Shown here piece after piece: positions 47,609 to 57,091 of a DNA stretch of 64,000 nt. Below the pieces are notes generated by a model. It saw nothing but the letters and a program-made list of their open reading frames with translations, searched no databases and was not told the DNA's origin. Each line of letters starts with the position of its first letter. Position 1 is the stretch's first letter. Position numbers and translations under genes: made by a program. The DNA is from Bacillota bacterium (GTDB lineage Bacteria > Bacillota > Clostridia > Christensenellales > DTU072): positions 624,602 to 688,601 of the forward strand of contig JAEXAB010000003.1 in NCBI GenBank assembly GCA_023394875.1, read 5' to 3'.

Positions 47609-48271
47609 ATGGGGCCTAACGCGCTTAAACTACAAGAAGAAATTCTTTTTAACAGCACTTTGCCAATGGGCGCAACGGTTATGGACTTGGGCAGTGGACA
47701 GGGAGTAACATCCATATATTTGGTCAAAGAACATGGATTCCGTGTTTTTGCCGCCGATTTATGGAGCGACCCCACTGATAATATGCGCTTTTTTCAAAAA
47801 ATGGGGCTAACATCTGAACAAATAATACCCATAAAAGCCGATGCAAATCAATTACCTTTTGCAAAAGATTTTTTTGACGCGGTTATTTGCACAGATTGCT
47901 ACAACTATTTTGGACGGGACAAAGACTACTTAGGAAACAAACTTTTACCCTTTGTAAAAAAAGGCGGTTATATTTATATTTCCGTCCCCGGAATGAAGGT
48001 TGACTGCCACCAAAACTTACCCGAGGTTTTGTTACTATCTTGGACGCCCGAGCAGCTTGATTATATCCACGACATAACCTATTGGAAAAATATCCTTAGC
48101 TGCACCAAAGGCATCGATATTATTTCTATTGAAGAAATGGAAAGTAATGAGGAAGTTTGGGAAGACTGGCTGAAAAGCGACAACGAGTATGCCGTTAACG
48201 ACAGAAAAACTATGCTCGCAGGCGGAGGCAAATACCTTAACTTTATTTCTATAAAAATACAGAAAATATAA
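47609..48271 (+). CDS. class I SAM-dependent methyltransferase
   Basis: 220 aa. Motif I is VMDLGSGQGVTS, followed by the acidic loop FAADL and post-I DAVIC. The unusually short N-terminus suggests possible 5' truncation. Confidence 0.7.
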   Translation: MGPNALKLQEEILFNSTLPMGATVMDLGSGQGVTSIYLVKEHGFRVFAADLWSDPTDNMRFFQKMGLTSEQIIPIKADANQLPFAKDFFDAVICTDCYNYFGRDKDYLGNKLLPFVKKGGYIYISVPGMKVDCHQNLPEVLLLSWTPEQLDYIHDITYWKNILSCTKGIDIISIEEMESNEEVWEDWLKSDNEYAVNDRKTMLAGGGKYLNFISIKIQKI

Positions 48272-48309
48272 AAGTTGCCACCGATAAAAAAATTTTCTAT
48301 TGCTTTTTA

Positions 48310-48340
48310 GTAGAGCCGCCCTATCTTAGGGCGGCTCTAC
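48310..48340. terminator. bidirectional terminator
   Basis: GTAGAGCCGCCCT-ATCTT-AGGGCGGCTCTAC, a 13-bp GC-rich stem. Confidence 0.85.
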
Positions 48341-48347
48341 CTTGCTA

Positions 48348-51300
48348 TTATATAGCTTTTATTACCTTTCCACCGGTGAGCAGTATCATTTTGACAGCTT
48401 CCATAGAAAAATCGTTCGCCTCGACAGTAAGCGCCTTGTCAAGCCTTCCTCTCGCAAGAATTTTGATATAATTCACTTTTTTATTAATAAAACCTTTTTC
48501 CTGCAAGGTCTGTACATTCACAATTTCTCCTTGAGAAAAATTTGCCGATATACTGTCGATGTTTATTATGGCTTTTTCTTTTTTGGAAGCGAAGGAGTTT
48601 TTCTTTTCTTCCACAATAAGAGCTGCCGCCACCTCGTCAAGTAAAATATCGTTTACCTCGCTTGCCGACACGAAAGTGCGTTTTTTGCGGTTGACCGTTG
48701 ATTGATTTTGGATGCGCTTCCAATCCTCATACTTTTTCTTAGTAACAAGCTCCTTAATAAGCCCCTTAGCTATTAGTTCTTCGGTTGTTTGGTAAGGAAT
48801 GACGTAATCTACGTTTTGGTCAGCGCCCTTTTCTATACCAAATTTCTCCGCCATTCCTGCAATTAGCTCCAATGCATATTTAGCTCTAAGGTCATTTTTG
48901 ATTTTGAATAGGCAAGGGGTATCGATATACTTCTTTTTGTCGGAAGGCTCTACCTTATATTTTGAGTTCGCAAAAGGCTTTGGATTTAGCGCAAGATATA
49001 GGTATAGCGTTTTGCCCCTAATATTAAACTTTGCCAGCTTTTTTCTAGCACGGTTGATACTGTCATAATTAAACGATATATTAGAAGTAGTCTTTTCGTA
49101 AGAAAGAATGGCATTTTTTAACAAACTATAATATTTTTTGGTATCATCAGGAGCTTGACTTAACTTTGCCAAAAATGCTTTGCTGTAGCGCACAAGTATT
49201 GCAAGACCGTTTTTTTCTTCAATGCCCTTAAACAACTCTACTTCGTCTTCATCTTCAATAGTTGACAAGTCCTCTGCCATTAGGCTGCTTTGAAGGTTTT
49301 GCTCGGCTAATATTCCCTCAAAATTATCTACGCTTTCCTCTTTGTTTATATTTACGCTAGCTTGTTTTTTTACTAAGCGGTCTTTTATAAAAAATAGATA
49401 AATATCAAAAAGCGCAACAAGTCCGCACAAAACTCCCAATACTATAGTTGCCGCTATCTGTCCGGAAGGAATTACCGCCGATAAGAAAAGCGGAGCGAAA
49501 GCAAAAGTTTTTACTGTGCTTTTAGCCTTTTTGTCCTTTAGTATTTTGTATACTGCTAAAGCTATTCCTGCAAGGAGCAACAAAGATAGGACAATAATAA
49601 GCCATATTAAGGATACGCCCTTCTGTACATCATAAACAAAGGCAAGGTTGGATAAGCTGTCAATTTGGAACACTGCGTAGCCCTCTTCAATGGTATAATC
49701 AATTTTGCTTTGACCACTGTAGATACCAAAATCTTCGTTGGATATAGCGCTAGGAATTAACAATCTGACAACAACTTCTTCTGTTAAGGCATAGTCCGCT
49801 TCTCCCCTTACAAGTCTTACGCTGTAAGCTTTTTCTATTTTCTTATCCTTTCCTAATTCTGTTATTGCGTTCTCACTTGGAATAACCGCAATTAATAATC
49901 TAAGGTCTGGAGCAAAGCCTGTGTCGTTACTGACTACTATATCGGGTTTTTCTGTTTCATTATCCTCAGTTTTTTCAATAATCTGGGGCAATAATATTGT
50001 TAATGTAGCTGTTTTGTTTTGTATTGCAACATAGTTGTTGCTGTCATAGGAAAATTGAGCTGTAACTAAATAAACACCTGAAATAGTCTTGCCGTTGCCC
50101 TCATAACTCACTGTTACGCCTGAAGGTAGCTGTCCGCTTATAACAATGCTTTTTGCTTCTCCGTCAGCTTTGACGGATTTGCTATCAAAAGTAATACCGC
50201 TCATATTGTAGGTAGCTTTGGCTATGTTCCAAGTCTTTGTAATTATGCCTACAAAATTGCCACTGCCTGTTATTGTCAAGGTATAACCGCTTGCGCTGTG
50301 ATTAGTTTGCTTATTTCCACTTATTGTGTAAGTAACATTCAAAGAATCTACCAAAACGCTAATTATTGTTTGTGTTTGTTCCGTTCCGCTGTAAACAAGG
50401 CTGTCTCCCAAAACAATTATTGCATCCGATATATCTTTTTGCGCAATGGAGAAAGTAAAGACAACATTAACAACCCCTCCGTCAGTCCATTCATAGTTAT
50501 CCTTATCCTTAAGAGCAACTGTGACATTTTGACTGCCTGCATTCGTTCTGGTATTGTTATTAATTGCATAACGGCTATCGCTTGCAATATTGTAGTTTTG
50601 CTCAGCCCCGTTATAAACAAAGCTTGTATTGTCTTCACTAGGCTTGTTTACTTTTTGTGTTTCAATAACTAATCCGCTGGTTATAACCAAACTAAACTGA
50701 TAGTAATTATCATCTTCATCTCTTGTGATTCTAACATCATAAGAGAGGGCATTTGACGGGGGAAGTAAGGTGTAACCATCGTCTACATAATACTCTACAA
50801 CAAAGTCTGTCAATGATGTTCCCGATACTAAAAATGTCTTTGTGCCACCGTCAAAAACTGAATTTTGCGTGGTTTGGTCAATAGTTACTATTCCTTTTGC
50901 AGTTACGAAATAATCCGCTCCCACAAAGCTAACGCTATAATTGCTTCCCGCATCAAGGGTACCTCTTGTTATGCTATATGTGCCAACAGTATTTTGGTCG
51001 GCGTCAGTTGCAGCCTCTCCGCTTAGACTATCTCCAGAAAAAAGCTCGGGACTTATCGTATATGTAAGCGGCAGTAATGGCTTTTTATGCGTGGATGATT
51101 TATTTTCAGCTGTAATGGTTATTTCTTTGGGCGTTATTGTATAGCTTCCGCTAACAACGTTATCGGGCAGTTTATAATTGCTATTGGAAAGTTCGGTCGC
51201 CGTATATGTAAAACCACCTGCATTAATATTGTCGTTGCCTGTGGTAAGAACAACGGTAACAAGGCAATTATCGCCTGTTTCCACTCCTGTAGCCGTAGCG

Positions 51301-54300
51301 GTAACAATTTTTTCTTGACGACTATATATAAGGTCGCTACTTGACAAGCTATCCCAAGCAAGCGCCACTTCTTTTTGCATAATGCTCCAAGCTTTTGTTG
51401 CCGTTCCGCTAAAATTGCCACTGCCTGCTATTGTCAAGGTGTAACCGCTTGCGCTGTAATTGGTTTGCTTATTTCCACTTACGGTGTAAGTAACGGTTAG
51501 TGAATCTACCAAAACGCTAGTTATAGCTTGTGTTTGTTCTTCCCCGTTGTAAGTTAAACTATCGCCTAAAGTTATTACCGCTTCGGAAATATCAACTTTA
51601 GTTATATTTACTGTTAATTCGCTACTTGTTACGCTTGCCGTTTGCGTCCCGTCCGTAATAGAAACCACGCAAATATAACTGCCGTTATCGGCGTAGTCTT
51701 TGACCGAATAAGTATTACTGTTTATTCCTTTTTTATTAACTTCAGCAACACTTCCCTTGTACCATTGGTAGGAAAGCTCATAAGTTGCGGAAAGCGCGTG
51801 CGAAGCAGTCACACTAATATTGTGATCTGTATTGTCATAAGCTCCTGTATATCCGCTTACTAAAGTTATATCAATAGCATTTAGGCTCCATTGAGCAAAC
51901 AAAGCTAAGTTGGCCGATGTATTCTCCCAGTTGCCGCTAGCGTCGGTATATCCGCTTATGTTGGGCACCAAAGTACCGTCTGCGTTGATTAACTTTATAT
52001 TTCCGCTTATGGTAGTGAAATAACCGTTCAGCGTATAACCTGAGCGAGACAATGCGCTAAAACTAGGCAAAGTGCTGCCGTATGTCGCAGTAACAGTTTC
52101 GTCTGCGTCTGCGCCGTTTTTGTTAAGGGTAATAAACGTGGTTGCTTCTATCCACTTAGCAAAAAATTCCTTTTTGCCGCTGTCTGTAGAAAGCACTTCC
52201 GTTACTGGCTCGCCGTCGAAATCTTCGGTAAGATACCAACCGTCAAAAACATAACCTTGTCTTATAATTTCACCACCCAAAGGAAGAGTAAGACCTATAC
52301 CCTCTTCATATAAAACAGGTTCTTCATAACTTTCAATAAACGTTCCGCCGTTTTTATTAAGAACTAATTCCTCCATACAAGAAACAAACACTGCGTGAAC
52401 AGCAAAACCTTTATATACGTGAATAAACGAATAGTTTACTGTCGGCCCCACGCTTACATTATTAACTTTTACATCGGAAATTTTGTATCCCGGTTGCGGA
52501 GTTATGGTAAAAGTAATATTGTCAAATAATTGTACTACGGTATAGCCCTCGGGAGTAATCGTTCCACCGGCTGTGCTTGTAGCATAAAAGGTAATATCGC
52601 CTAATACAATTTTCTCAAAAGTAACTTCAATATCAGTATCACTTGTAACGTTATTTATGGTATAAACATTATTAATAATTTGGTTTTTCTTATCTATCCC
52701 ATCAACGGTAAAGGTAGCCACTTTGTAGCCGCTCTTGGGAACAATTTTATAGTCTTGACTGGTGCCGTCATAAATTATACTTCCCAAAGGACTAATTGTG
52801 CCGTTACTGCCTGAGGTTGAAGTTATTGTATAAAAAATCGCATCGCTCCACTTCGCATAGAAAGTTTTGTTCCCAAAGTCCGTAGTGGTAACGGATGTTA
52901 CCGCTAAGCCTTCAAGCAACGCATTGTCATACCAACCTTCAAAATCATAGCTGTTGTACGTAGGTATTGGTAAGGTATAGCTTGTGCCGTACAAATAAGA
53001 AGTATTTTGTCCGCTAAGTGTGCCGCCGTTAAGCCAATAATTTATGCTATACTGCTCCTTATTCCACTGAGCGTATAAGGTTTGGTTGCTACTTAAAGTA
53101 ATTATATCATTAGGATAATAAGTAGTGCCGCTACCAGAGCTTTCGGTATTCCAGCTGGCAAAAGCATAGCCGTTTCTTTCAAACATAGCGCCGTCAACAC
53201 TTATGCTGTCAACTACCGAAATATTTGAGGTGCTTCCGCCGGCATAGTTTGCATCGTAAGTTAGCGTTTTTAGGTCGGCAGCAACATATTTTACCTCTTG
53301 GGTATCTGAATTGTAGGCTACAGCGCGAGTACGCAAATCTGCGTAAAATACCTTGTTAACATCTTCAGGCAGATTTCCCCAGGCGGTATAGCCGCTTGTC
53401 AAACTTGGTGTAGCATCAACTGACAAACCTATTCTTGCGTATTGGTTTTCTCCGCCGATTTCTTTGTACAATTTGCCTGTTATTTTTAATACATTGTAAG
53501 TTTCTGAAGAGAAGTAAGTATTGGCTTCCGGATAGGTGTTTGGGGCAATGGTACAGGAATACCCGTAATTACCGGATATAAAAGGATTGCCCGCAATGCT
53601 AATAATAGAACTTCCGTTCATAACATTATCGGTAGCAAAAGCTCCTACCGAATCCCAACCGCTTTCGTTACTATAATTATAAACAGTGTCTAAACCATAG
53701 TTATCGGTAATTATTCCTCCATATAGTTTTGCATTTGCCTGGTACGTACCTGAATTTCCGCCAAACAAGTATAACGCGCCACCTAACATTCTTGCGCTGT
53801 TACCGCGAATGGCTCCGCCGTACATATTAAAGTTTCCGCCGTCTTTGACGCACACAGCACCCGCACGTTCTCTTTTACCGCCATATTGACTAAGCGCTGT
53901 AACTGTATTGCCGCTTATTGTTCCGCCATACATATTTACCGTTCCGCCAAGCTCCATTGAGGACTCACTACCTATCAATATTGCAGAGCCGCCTCCCGGA
54001 TAGTCAAATTTACTATTTAAGTCGGTTTTTGTTGAGTATTTATGACCGCCGGTAATTATTCCTCCCACTATTACACCATCGCCAATCCCGGTAAAATCAT
54101 AATATCTTTGGAACATTTTGTTGCTGTATGCAGGATAACCATAGTAAAGGTCTTGGGTTGCATCGGGAAAAACTTCTTTAATTTTGTAAGGATGCACGTC
54201 GCTACCGCTATTACAATCGTATATATTAAGTACGCCGCTCCCGTAAACATTTAATATACTTTCGTCAGAACCAATGGCGCCTGTCAAAATTTTGCCGTTA

Positions 54301-54578
54301 AGACAAAGATTAACCGTACCCGAATTAATAACAATATTGTTTAGCAACGTAATATTATCATCAAGATAATAGTTCCCCGCCGAAATTATGCCGCCTGTTT
54401 CCGTTAGCGGAGTCCAGTCCGTATGGTCGCCGTCGCATTGATTTTCCAAAACCGCCGCATTTGCATTATTGTTTTCTTGCTTAACAGTGCTCAGCGCGCA
54501 AAGCATACATATAAGCACAATTAGAGTAAGCACAATAACAAATTTGATTGATTTACCTTTTGTTATAATTTTTTTCAT
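48348..54578 (-). CDS. giant (2076 aa) surface protein: signal peptide, beta-helix repeats, InlB-B/Listeria-Bacteroides repeats, MBG-like modules, 3 TM helices, cytoplasmic tail with uL15-like end
   Basis: Uninterrupted 6.2-kb ORF. Beta-helix-type repeats are GGGSAILIG, MYGGTISGN, MYGGAIRGN and LYGGIITDN. Repeats end GYAFASWN, YDFEGWYD, GYVFDGWY and GYTLNGYF. A duplicated module is ..LTYNGEEQTQ..SGNKQTNYSASGYTLTIAGSGNF... TM helices lie at 49386-49620. The C-terminus is ..IKILARGRLDKALTVEANDFSMEAVKMILLTGGKVIKAI. Confidence 0.9.
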   Translation of the reverse strand: MKKIITKGKSIKFVIVLTLIVLICMLCALSTVKQENNNANAAVLENQCDGDHTDWTPLTETGGIISAGNYYLDDNITLLNNIVINSGTVNLCLNGKILTGAIGSDESILNVYGSGVLNIYDCNSGSDVHPYKIKEVFPDATQDLYYGYPAYSNKMFQRYYDFTGIGDGVIVGGIITGGHKYSTKTDLNSKFDYPGGGSAILIGSESSMELGGTVNMYGGTISGNTVTALSQYGGKRERAGAVCVKDGGNFNMYGGAIRGNSARMLGGALYLFGGNSGTYQANAKLYGGIITDNYGLDTVYNYSNESGWDSVGAFATDNVMNGSSIISIAGNPFISGNYGYSCTIAPNTYPEANTYFSSETYNVLKITGKLYKEIGGENQYARIGLSVDATPSLTSGYTAWGNLPEDVNKVFYADLRTRAVAYNSDTQEVKYVAADLKTLTYDANYAGGSTSNISVVDSISVDGAMFERNGYAFASWNTESSGSGTTYYPNDIITLSSNQTLYAQWNKEQYSINYWLNGGTLSGQNTSYLYGTSYTLPIPTYNSYDFEGWYDNALLEGLAVTSVTTTDFGNKTFYAKWSDAIFYTITSTSGSNGTISPLGSIIYDGTSQDYKIVPKSGYKVATFTVDGIDKKNQIINNVYTINNVTSDTDIEVTFEKIVLGDITFYATSTAGGTITPEGYTVVQLFDNITFTITPQPGYKISDVKVNNVSVGPTVNYSFIHVYKGFAVHAVFVSCMEELVLNKNGGTFIESYEEPVLYEEGIGLTLPLGGEIIRQGYVFDGWYLTEDFDGEPVTEVLSTDSGKKEFFAKWIEATTFITLNKNGADADETVTATYGSTLPSFSALSRSGYTLNGYFTTISGNIKLINADGTLVPNISGYTDASGNWENTSANLALFAQWSLNAIDITLVSGYTGAYDNTDHNISVTASHALSATYELSYQWYKGSVAEVNKKGINSNTYSVKDYADNGSYICVVSITDGTQTASVTSSELTVNITKVDISEAVITLGDSLTYNGEEQTQAITSVLVDSLTVTYTVSGNKQTNYSASGYTLTIAGSGNFSGTATKAWSIMQKEVALAWDSLSSSDLIYSRQEKIVTATATGVETGDNCLVTVVLTTGNDNINAGGFTYTATELSNSNYKLPDNVVSGSYTITPKEITITAENKSSTHKKPLLPLTYTISPELFSGDSLSGEAATDADQNTVGTYSITRGTLDAGSNYSVSFVGADYFVTAKGIVTIDQTTQNSVFDGGTKTFLVSGTSLTDFVVEYYVDDGYTLLPPSNALSYDVRITRDEDDNYYQFSLVITSGLVIETQKVNKPSEDNTSFVYNGAEQNYNIASDSRYAINNNTRTNAGSQNVTVALKDKDNYEWTDGGVVNVVFTFSIAQKDISDAIIVLGDSLVYSGTEQTQTIISVLVDSLNVTYTISGNKQTNHSASGYTLTITGSGNFVGIITKTWNIAKATYNMSGITFDSKSVKADGEAKSIVISGQLPSGVTVSYEGNGKTISGVYLVTAQFSYDSNNYVAIQNKTATLTILLPQIIEKTEDNETEKPDIVVSNDTGFAPDLRLLIAVIPSENAITELGKDKKIEKAYSVRLVRGEADYALTEEVVVRLLIPSAISNEDFGIYSGQSKIDYTIEEGYAVFQIDSLSNLAFVYDVQKGVSLIWLIIVLSLLLLAGIALAVYKILKDKKAKSTVKTFAFAPLFLSAVIPSGQIAATIVLGVLCGLVALFDIYLFFIKDRLVKKQASVNINKEESVDNFEGILAEQNLQSSLMAEDLSTIEDEDEVELFKGIEEKNGLAILVRYSKAFLAKLSQAPDDTKKYYSLLKNAILSYEKTTSNISFNYDSINRARKKLAKFNIRGKTLYLYLALNPKPFANSKYKVEPSDKKKYIDTPCLFKIKNDLRAKYALELIAGMAEKFGIEKGADQNVDYVIPYQTTEELIAKGLIKELVTKKKYEDWKRIQNQSTVNRKKRTFVSASEVNDILLDEVAAALIVEEKKNSFASKKEKAIINIDSISANFSQGEIVNVQTLQEKGFINKKVNYIKILARGRLDKALTVEANDFSMEAVKMILLTGGKVIKAI

Positions 54579-54581
54579 TTT

Positions 54582-54782
54582 TTAATTCTCCGTATTTTCC
54601 AAGCGGTATTTGCACAAACCGTTGTTTTCGTTTTCGGCAAACTTGCCGTATTTGCAGTATGCGCATAGCTTTACTGCTATTAATGAGTTTTCTTTGGGCG
54701 CATAAAAAGAACAGCTGTCGCGCGAAAAAATTCGTATCGCTTCCACTCTTTTTTCCACCTCGCTTGTGCGGTCTTCTTGCAT
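54582..54782 (-). CDS. small Cys-rich protein (66 aa), translationally coupled to the giant gene
   Basis: The stop lies 3 nt before the giant gene ATG, and the giant gene's GGAG RBS lies in its last codons. It has 4 Cys (CSF..C..C..C). GGAGG lies upstream of its ATG. Function unknown. Confidence 0.55.
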   Translation of the reverse strand: MQEDRTSEVEKRVEAIRIFSRDSCSFYAPKENSLIAVKLCAYCKYGKFAENENNGLCKYRLENTEN

Positions 54783-54922
54783 TGATTGTTTCCTCCAACA
54801 TGTATTATTTTTGCGTAAAAAATAGCCTTCTCTTATTATAAAAATCTAGTCTAAATTATACTTGCAAAAAAATGTAGCGTTATAAGCTCTGCACGAAAGG
54901 TCGGTTATATCGCATCAAGCGA

Positions 54923-54962
54923 CAAAAAAACCTCCGCCCATATTTAGGCAAAGGTTTTTTTA
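54923..54962. terminator. terminator after the LytTR two-component operon
   Basis: AAAAAAACCTCCGCC-CATATTTA-GGCAAAGGTTTTTTT. The stem has two G:U pairs and is flanked by A7 and T7 runs. Confidence 0.75.
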
Positions 54963-54993
54963 TTGATATAATGTTAAAAAAAATTGTTGATAT

Positions 54994-56280
54994 CTAAGTT
55001 ATTTTTTTGATGGGCAAAACAATGCGTGTAAAAAACTCCTCTCCTTGCTGCCGTATATCCAGCATTCCGTTATATTTTTTTACTATGCTTTGCACGCTTA
55101 ATAGCCCTGTCCCTCCTCCAATCTTTGTAGTAACGGGAAGTCCATTTTCAAAGGTGAGGTTCTTTCCTACGCTGTTTTTTATTTCTATAAAAATGCTTTC
55201 ATTTTCTATAGTGGAATGATAACAGATATGTTTATTGTCACTGCCGCATTGCTTGCAAGCTTCTAGGGCGTTTTCAAAAATATTCGACAAAATTATTCCT
55301 ATATCGGTTTGAAAATAAGAAAAAGCTTCATCGGACTCCGAGCGCGCCACAAAATCTATATTAAGGTCTCTTGCCCGCCTCTCATACAAACGGAAAACTG
55401 CGTTTAATGTGGGGTTTTTGCTAAATTCTTTTAACGCGCCTCCAATAATACTATCGTCATATTCCTTAAGATACACCCTAGCACCCTCAATGTCGCCTTG
55501 ACTTAGGTACTCAAGTAAAATAGAGTTGTGGTGTCTGATATCATGCCTATTCTGCTTAGCAGCACTGACAAAACTTTCGTATGAATTCACTTCGCTTGTC
55601 AATATCTCCTCATTTGCTTTCCTCTTGAGGTTTTCTTCTCGAAGTATAGCTTTTTGCTTTATGCTTTTAAGAGAAAATATTATCGATATATAAGTCAAAA
55701 TAGTAACAAGTGTCAAAAAACAAAAATAGACAACATTATCGCTCATAGAATCTTCTATATTGCCTAAAGATACCATTATATAAAGATAGTTTGCAAAAAT
55801 CCCCACTATAGGCAATAAAAAAGCCTCCCAGTTTTCGGACACTTCCAAAAATAGAGGGCGCAAAAATTTGTGGAGAAGTATTATCGTGAGACCAAACAAT
55901 ATCACACGGATAATTGTAACAGCATAATTAGGATGAGGAAAAAATCCAGCAAGGTAATAGCTTAATATTACAATTATTGAATAAACATTAAGCACGGTAA
56001 AGGAATTAAAAAACCACTGCGAAGTTTTGTCATGAAATAGAAACTTGCAAAATATTATAACAAAAAAATATACCCCTAAAGTAAAGTAGAGGACTGCGGT
56101 ATAATTTTTGTTTATATAAAACAAACCGCAAATAATGGTATCTACAACAGACAATAATATAGCAAGCAAAACATAAGAACGCACTTTAATTTTCGGGCGC
56201 GCCAAAACAGGAAATAGACAAAGCGCGCATATGGCGCTTACACCCCCGCGCAGCAAATCAGGAAGAATGTTCAAAATCAT
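54994..56280 (-). CDS. membrane sensor histidine kinase, LytTR-partner (AgrC/ComD-like, HPK10) type
   Basis: 428 aa with about 6 N-terminal TM helices. H-box NRHDIRHH, N-box IFENALEAC and G-box KIGGGTGLLSV are present. Confidence 0.85.
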   Translation of the reverse strand: MILNILPDLLRGGVSAICALCLFPVLARPKIKVRSYVLLAILLSVVDTIICGLFYINKNYTAVLYFTLGVYFFVIIFCKFLFHDKTSQWFFNSFTVLNVYSIIVILSYYLAGFFPHPNYAVTIIRVILFGLTIILLHKFLRPLFLEVSENWEAFLLPIVGIFANYLYIMVSLGNIEDSMSDNVVYFCFLTLVTILTYISIIFSLKSIKQKAILREENLKRKANEEILTSEVNSYESFVSAAKQNRHDIRHHNSILLEYLSQGDIEGARVYLKEYDDSIIGGALKEFSKNPTLNAVFRLYERRARDLNIDFVARSESDEAFSYFQTDIGIILSNIFENALEACKQCGSDNKHICYHSTIENESIFIEIKNSVGKNLTFENGLPVTTKIGGGTGLLSVQSIVKKYNGMLDIRQQGEEFFTRIVLPIKKIT

Positions 56281-57012
56281 TTAATCCCTCCCTCGAAACA
56301 TATAGTCAAAATATGTCTGTTTTATTTGTCGAAAACTTCTTCTGGGAATAGGGATTTCTTTGCCGTTTTTAAGGCAAATTTTGTCGTTTTCTATTATACT
56401 TATTGCCTTTTGGTTTACTAAATAGCCTTTGTAAGGACAAACAAACTGCCCTATTGATAATTCCTCTAAGTTTTTATGAAGCTCGCTAAGCGTCTGAGCC
56501 GCTTCTATCATTTTTCCACTACTTAAAATAACTTTTTGTCTGTGCGCCGCGCTTTCAATATAAACAATGGAGTCCTTATCAACTGTTTCTGTGGTTCCAC
56601 CGTAGCATTTCAGGCAAACAAATTTTGCCAAATCATTGCTTATATTTTGCATCGCCCTATCCATAGCCTCACCGAAATTAGCCTTAGTAAAGGGCTTAAG
56701 CAAATAGTGAGCCGCCTTTACCTGAAAGGCATCTACGGCAAATTCGTCAGAGGTAGTCAAAAAAATAATCTCCGTTTTGTCCTTCCTTTGCCTTATTTCT
56801 TTAGCGACGTCAGTCCCTAGCATTCCGGGCATGCAAATATCGAGCATAACAAGGTCATAACCTACCTTTTCTTGGCTGTCCAAAAAGTCAAAAGCTTTGT
56901 CAAAGGTAAAAATTTCTACATCATCAATTTTTATATCGTCAAGATAATCATTTACGGCAGCGTTAATAATCTTAATTTGTTCTTTTTTGTCATCGCATAT
57001 TGCTATTTTCAT
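56281..57012 (-). CDS. LytTR-family response regulator
   Basis: 243 aa. The receiver has MKIAICDD and DICMPGMLG. The C-terminal LytTR DNA-binding domain has IVYIESAAHRQKV.. and ..IPIPRRSFRQIK. Its stop abuts the kinase start. Confidence 0.9.
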   Translation of the reverse strand: MKIAICDDKKEQIKIINAAVNDYLDDIKIDDVEIFTFDKAFDFLDSQEKVGYDLVMLDICMPGMLGTDVAKEIRQRKDKTEIIFLTTSDEFAVDAFQVKAAHYLLKPFTKANFGEAMDRAMQNISNDLAKFVCLKCYGGTTETVDKDSIVYIESAAHRQKVILSSGKMIEAAQTLSELHKNLEELSIGQFVCPYKGYLVNQKAISIIENDKICLKNGKEIPIPRRSFRQIKQTYFDYMFRGRD

Positions 57013-57091
57013 AAATACCTATTCTTAGTAAAAAATCATAACTATGCCGCACCACTTTTACAAGGCAGGGAGCTCTACTATCCATTTGTGC

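Noticed and set aside
48342-48644. 100-aa plus-strand ORF
   Set aside because: It is antisense to the 3' end of the giant gene, the part encoding the uL15-like domain, and starts inside the bidirectional terminator.
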